Shown here: piece after piece, positions 62,617 through 64,000 of the stretch | Numbering within the stretch: position 1 is the first letter of the stretch | Layout: every line of letters begins with the position of its first letter | Position numbers and translations under genes: made by a program | NCBI GenBank assembly: GCA_008632985.1 | Contig: QPGO01000138.1 | Location: 124,001-188,000 of the forward strand | DNA: 64,000 nucleotides | From: Psammoneis japonica | Taxonomy: Eukaryota | Direction: 5' to 3' | Notes under the pieces: generated by a model | Told to the model about the DNA's origin: nothing | Databases searched by the model: none | The model's input: the letters and a program-made list of their open reading frames with translations, nothing else

Positions 62617-63287
62617 CGTCCACAGAGGACCGGCCTTTGAAAAAATGAGGCGCTGTCCCGGATGGATGACACATGATTGCGCGTTGTTCGCCGTGAAGTT
62701 GAGTCGTGATGACAGTCCTGGTTCACATCTTGACATTGAGGGGTTTGACCGCCTCTTTTTCCCCGCCGCCTCCACATCAAAAATCAATATGCCAAATAAA
62801 CAATCACGAAGCATCAAAATGAAATTCAAATTGAGCTATAATGGAAAAATCTATATCGAAATTAGTGTACTTACTTTCGGTTGAATTGCGATACTTCTCA
62901 ACCTTCATACTTCACTACGAGCTTTTGAAACAGCAAAAATCTCGTGGGCGCACGGACGGACTGGGACGAGCTCAGATCTTCTTCGCTTGCTTGGCTTGGT
63001 TTTGCCAGTTTTGAGTCGCGGTGGCTGCAAAAGCTTCCAGAATCGCATTCCAAAACGCCACTTCTTACGTTCGCAAGACACGACAACAAGACAGGTGGTA
63101 AAGCAACACATAATGTTGAATTACGTGCACGATCGACGGGCAAGAAGAAGGACGTAAAGGATTTGTTCGCGCGTTGCGTTTTTTGCCCACGTAAAAGAGC
63201 GGTCAGAGCGCGTTGAACAAGGTGAAACTGGCGAACAAAAAAAAACTCGGACTATCTCCTGGTTCAAATTTTGACATTCCTGTAGAA

Positions 63288-64000
63288 ATGAATCAACTGG
63301 TTCAAGTTGGTGTTTTCTTCTTGACGTTTGTCGCTGCATTTGAGCCTGCTTCGAAACGAGCGAGAAGGAGAACAATCCTCAAGAAAAACATGCTTTGCGT
63401 TGGCAAGAACTGCCCGTTTGATACCTCCGGCCTCTCAAAGGATCTTGGCGACATTGGATTGATCGAGCTAGACTTGGGGAATGGGCATAAAAAGACATTC
63501 ATTCAAACTGGAACAACCAAGAAGCATTATTACCATGGCGAACACGGACGCGAAGCTATTAATCTTATGGTCCGACAAGCAAATGGAGCCGTTAATGGTG
63601 CTTCCGTCCTTGTTTTTGGTTCCATCACTGACGATGAAAAAATCTAAAAGATAGGTCCAGATGCGCATGGGAACTCGCAAATATTAGAAACTCGCTTGGA
63701 TGAGTATTTGGAGGAAGCAGATCCACTTCCACCTCCAGAAGAAGATGACAACGAAAACCAAAGGCGAAGGACAATTTCTACCAACACCACAACAGAACGG
63801 AAAATTTCGTCTGTTGTCGAGTCGCCATTTGGACTGGATGAGAATGGTCAAATTCGAAAGCTCGCTTTTGATGATAGCGGAAAGAATATTGACGTTATGG
63901 TTGTGTGGAGCAAAGAAGCAGAGTGCGCAAACTCGGGATTTGCTGAAAATTGCGTCTTGTCGGCTCAAACCAACACCAATATGCTCGGTTTGGTCACCTT
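63288..64000 (+). CDS. Secreted M12B/reprolysin-like metallopeptidase N-terminus (partial; in-frame TAA at 63645-63647)
   Basis: Signal peptide; the frame continues past the stop to RKLAFDDSGKNIDVMVVWSKEAECANSG..C; catalytic motif would lie beyond the window. Confidence 0.5.

Overview
Eukaryotic nuclear DNA, most likely from a diatom or other stramenopile (inferred from short GT-AG introns, the gene repertoire and diatom-type Copia, LINE and Penelope relics). Two compartments alternate. (1) Ordinary gene islands: GT47/exostosin-like glycosyltransferase, a DUF924-TilS fusion, RPB9, DEPDC5/IML1, JmjC protein, BBE-like FAD oxidase, methyltransferase-like protein, sulfotransferase-like protein, mitochondrial GrpE, SET-domain protein, four-domain fasciclin and an M12B-like peptidase. 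(2) Sharply bounded repeat/pseudogene domains (about 1-8.8 kb, 23.7-27.6 kb, 31.0-48.9 kb and 55.8-56.3 kb) in which TpA is almost erased and CpG is depleted, both converging on TpG/CpA. The main finding is an apparent repeat-targeted, strand-symmetric TpA->TpG/CpA (A:T->G:C) hypermutation process, opposite in direction to fungal RIP. It is visible directly by comparing duplicated sequences within the window (two Copia gag copies; a 212-bp tandem duplication at a domain edge) and as systematic Tyr->Cys/His replacement in transposon proteins. Also present is a 10.6-kb rearranged, partly palindromic Copia composite flanked by a GTTGG target-site duplication, inserted in a YjeF_N gene. Several single-base homopolymer frameshifts in host genes suggest long-read consensus errors. 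All counts and alignments were done by eye; no database searches were run, so novelty is unverified.
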